Source of the DNA: Candidatus Deferrimicrobiaceae bacterium
Lineage (GTDB): Bacteria; Desulfobacterota; Deferrimicrobia; Deferrimicrobiales; Deferrimicrobiaceae
Assembly (NCBI GenBank): GCA_963792415.1
Contig: CAWBVY010000004.1
Span: 480,001-544,000 of the forward strand
Direction of reading: 5' to 3'
Length of the DNA: 64,000 nucleotides
Position 1 is the first letter of the stretch. Every line of letters starts with the position of its first letter. The position numbers and the translations under genes were made by a program. The notes beneath the pieces are model-generated. The model did no database searches. It had not been told where the DNA came from and saw only the letters and a program-made list of their open reading frames with translations. Below are positions 62,010 through 64,000 of this stretch, piece after piece.

Positions 62010-62981
62010 ATGAGCGGAACAGTTCTGGACATAGTGATCGTCGATTACGACGCAGGCGAACTTTTGCGGGAGTGTCTTGCGTCGATTCTATCGCATGTGC
62101 CGCAGTACACTTCGCTGGGTCGGATCGTGGTGGTGGACAATGCCTCTTGGGAGTCATCCCGGCGCTGGATTGATGGGCTAAACTTGTCGGTCACTCTGAT
62201 CCGGAACGGAGAGAACCGCGGGTTCGCTGCCGCGTGTAACCAGGGTGCGCAGGGAAGCGACGCGGATTACCTGTTGTTCCTCAACCCGGACGTACGCCTC
62301 ACGAAGAACTCTTTGGACGTCCCTGCACGCTTCCTTTCGACCCCCGAGAACCGTGACGTAGGGATCGTGGGGATCCAACTGGTGGATGGTCAGGGAGAGG
62401 TATCCCTCACATGTCGCCACTTCCCGAGACCATCCTACTATTGGACCCGGGCGCTGGGTCTCGAGCGAATTTCGCGGTCCCGATTTCCAACGGGCGAAAT
62501 GGAGGGGTGGGACCATGGGGATTCCCGCAAGGTAGACCAGTTGATGGGGGCTTTTCTTTTCGTTCGGCGAGAAGTCTTTGAGGCGCTGGGTGGGTTCGAC
62601 GAACGGTTCTTCGTCTACTTCGAGGAAGTGGATTTCAGTTTAAGAGCGATTCAGGCGGGCTGGCTAAGCGTATTCCTGTCCGAAGCCAAGGCGTTTCATA
62701 CGGGCTGCGGTACAACTGACAAGGTGAAGGCCAAGAGATTATATTATTCGCTGAGGAGCCGGATTTTGTATGGCTATAAGCATTTCGGATGGATTCCAGC
62801 TACCTCTGTACTTGTTCTTACGGTTCTTGTTGAGCCAATCACACGAATTGTTTGGGCGATATTGAGGGGTGCATGGAGTGAGGCTGGCGAATCTGTCAAG
62901 GCTTCCGCAATGTTGTGGCTTTCGTTGATCCAAACGTTGCGGACCGTAATTCGACTTAGAAGGCGAGTCTTAATACAATAA
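62010..62981 (+). CDS. glycosyltransferase family 2
   Basis: VVDNAS, NRGFAAACNQG, LNPD, GFDERFFVYFEEVD. Confidence 0.92.
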   Translation: MSGTVLDIVIVDYDAGELLRECLASILSHVPQYTSLGRIVVVDNASWESSRRWIDGLNLSVTLIRNGENRGFAAACNQGAQGSDADYLLFLNPDVRLTKNSLDVPARFLSTPENRDVGIVGIQLVDGQGEVSLTCRHFPRPSYYWTRALGLERISRSRFPTGEMEGWDHGDSRKVDQLMGAFLFVRREVFEALGGFDERFFVYFEEVDFSLRAIQAGWLSVFLSEAKAFHTGCGTTDKVKAKRLYYSLRSRILYGYKHFGWIPATSVLVLTVLVEPITRIVWAILRGAWSEAGESVKASAMLWLSLIQTLRTVIRLRRRVLIQ

Positions 62982-64000
62982 GAATTTTAATGCTTGGCAG
63001 GTACGATTGTCTTGGGGCAAGTAGCCGAATTCGCGCCTACCAATATTTTCCATATTTGAAACATTGCGGCATCGAGATGACTGTTTCATCTTTTTTATTG
63101 AATGATTATCTCAAATTACTCTACGAGAAAAGCACCATAAGTATTTTATCAATTTTCAGTGCGTATTTACGACGGTTGGGGGTGTTATTGCATGCAAGAA
63201 AATTTGACCTGATTTGGATAGAAAAAGAGCTGTTTCCCTGGCTCCCGTTTTTCATAGACAATGCTTTTCAACCAAGAATCCCGTATGTCGCCGATTATGA
63301 CGATGCAATCTTCCACAATTACGATATACACCACCGACAGATCGTATCTCGCCTGCTGGGAACAAAGATCGACAAGGTCATGGCAAATGCAGGCGTCGTC
63401 ACTGTGGGAAACGAATATCTTGCGAGCCGGGCCCGGCAGGCTGGGGCAAAGAGGGTGGAGGTACTTCCATCCGTGGTCGACATTGCGAAATATCCCGGGA
63501 TCATAAACAAAATCGAAGAAGGTTCCTTCACGATCGGTTGGATAGGGTCCCCGGGCACCGCAAAGCACTTATTGGAGGCGGAAACTGCCCTGAAGCAGGT
63601 ATGCAAGAATCGCGGAGGAAGGGTCGTCCTGGTCGGCGCAGGTGAAAATCCCTTCAGCGGATTGATGGCCACAATCCGGGATTGGGACGAAGCCACGGAA
63701 ACCATGGAGATCGGGAACTTCGATGTGGGGATCATGCCTCTTCCCGACAATCCGTGGGAACGGGGCAAGTGCGGCTTCAAGCTGATCCAGTACATGGCTT
63801 GCGGCAAGCCGGTGGTGGCGTCGCCCGTCGGAGTGAACCGGGAGATCGTCGTCGATGGGGTCAACGGATTCCTCGCCTCCACACCGAAGGAATGGGTTGA
63901 GGCGTTGTTGCGTCTCAAGGCGGATCCGGAGCTGCGGAGAGCGATGGGGGAAAAGGGCCGGCGCATGGTGGAAGAGAAATATTGCCTCCAGGTGACCGCT
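62978..64000 (+). CDS. glycosyltransferase family 4, 3' end outside window
   Basis: Manual translation (I/M)RILMLGRY..GASSRIR, DYDDAIF, IGWIGS, KCGFKLIQYMACGKPVV; first ATG at 62990. Confidence 0.9.
   Translation, partial: MRILMLGRYDCLGASSRIRAYQYFPYLKHCGIEMTVSSFLLNDYLKLLYEKSTISILSIFSAYLRRLGVLLHARKFDLIWIEKELFPWLPFFIDNAFQPRIPYVADYDDAIFHNYDIHHRQIVSRLLGTKIDKVMANAGVVTVGNEYLASRARQAGAKRVEVLPSVVDIAKYPGIINKIEEGSFTIGWIGSPGTAKHLLEAETALKQVCKNRGGRVVLVGAGENPFSGLMATIRDWDEATETMEIGNFDVGIMPLPDNPWERGKCGFKLIQYMACGKPVVASPVGVNREIVVDGVNGFLASTPKEWVEALLRLKADPELRRAMGEKGRRMVEEKYCLQVTA

Overview
High-GC bacterial chromosomal window, probably from a deltaproteobacterial-type anaerobe (inferred from the ffs-dnaX-ybaB-recR-por-mglB-mglA gene order). 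In order it holds: a glycogen/trehalose/osmoadaptation block (glgE, GH100-like hydrolase, MscS, GGDEF, permease-USP, otsB); an M23 peptidase; SRP RNA, dnaX, ybaB, recR; a two-gene 2-oxoacid:ferredoxin oxidoreductase; mglBA; two U32 proteins; a Liv-type ABC transporter; LysM-NlpC/P60; CapA; a GNAT-like/deacetylase fusion with AcuB; a tandemly duplicated inorganic-carbon pump cluster (dabA-nuoM-like-[P-II]-dabB); an OFA-family MFS; a GyrI-like protein; selenocysteine-containing SelD; two hydrolases; and the start of a surface-polysaccharide locus (gmd, fcl, metacaspase, RfaH-like with ops, SLBB, wzz, low-GC methyltransferase, wzx, wzy, GT2, GT4). The most notable observations are the expanded, duplicated DAB cluster, an A9 slippage site in dnaX with stops in both shifted frames, the acetylase-like/deacetylase fusion, a dispersed palindromic repeat that sits in frame in a gene, two MITE-like elements, two ATAA stop/start junctions and a palindrome shared upstream of glgE and otsB. 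Many single-base insertions after ~38.6 kb look like sequencing error. All calls come from motif recognition; no searches were run.
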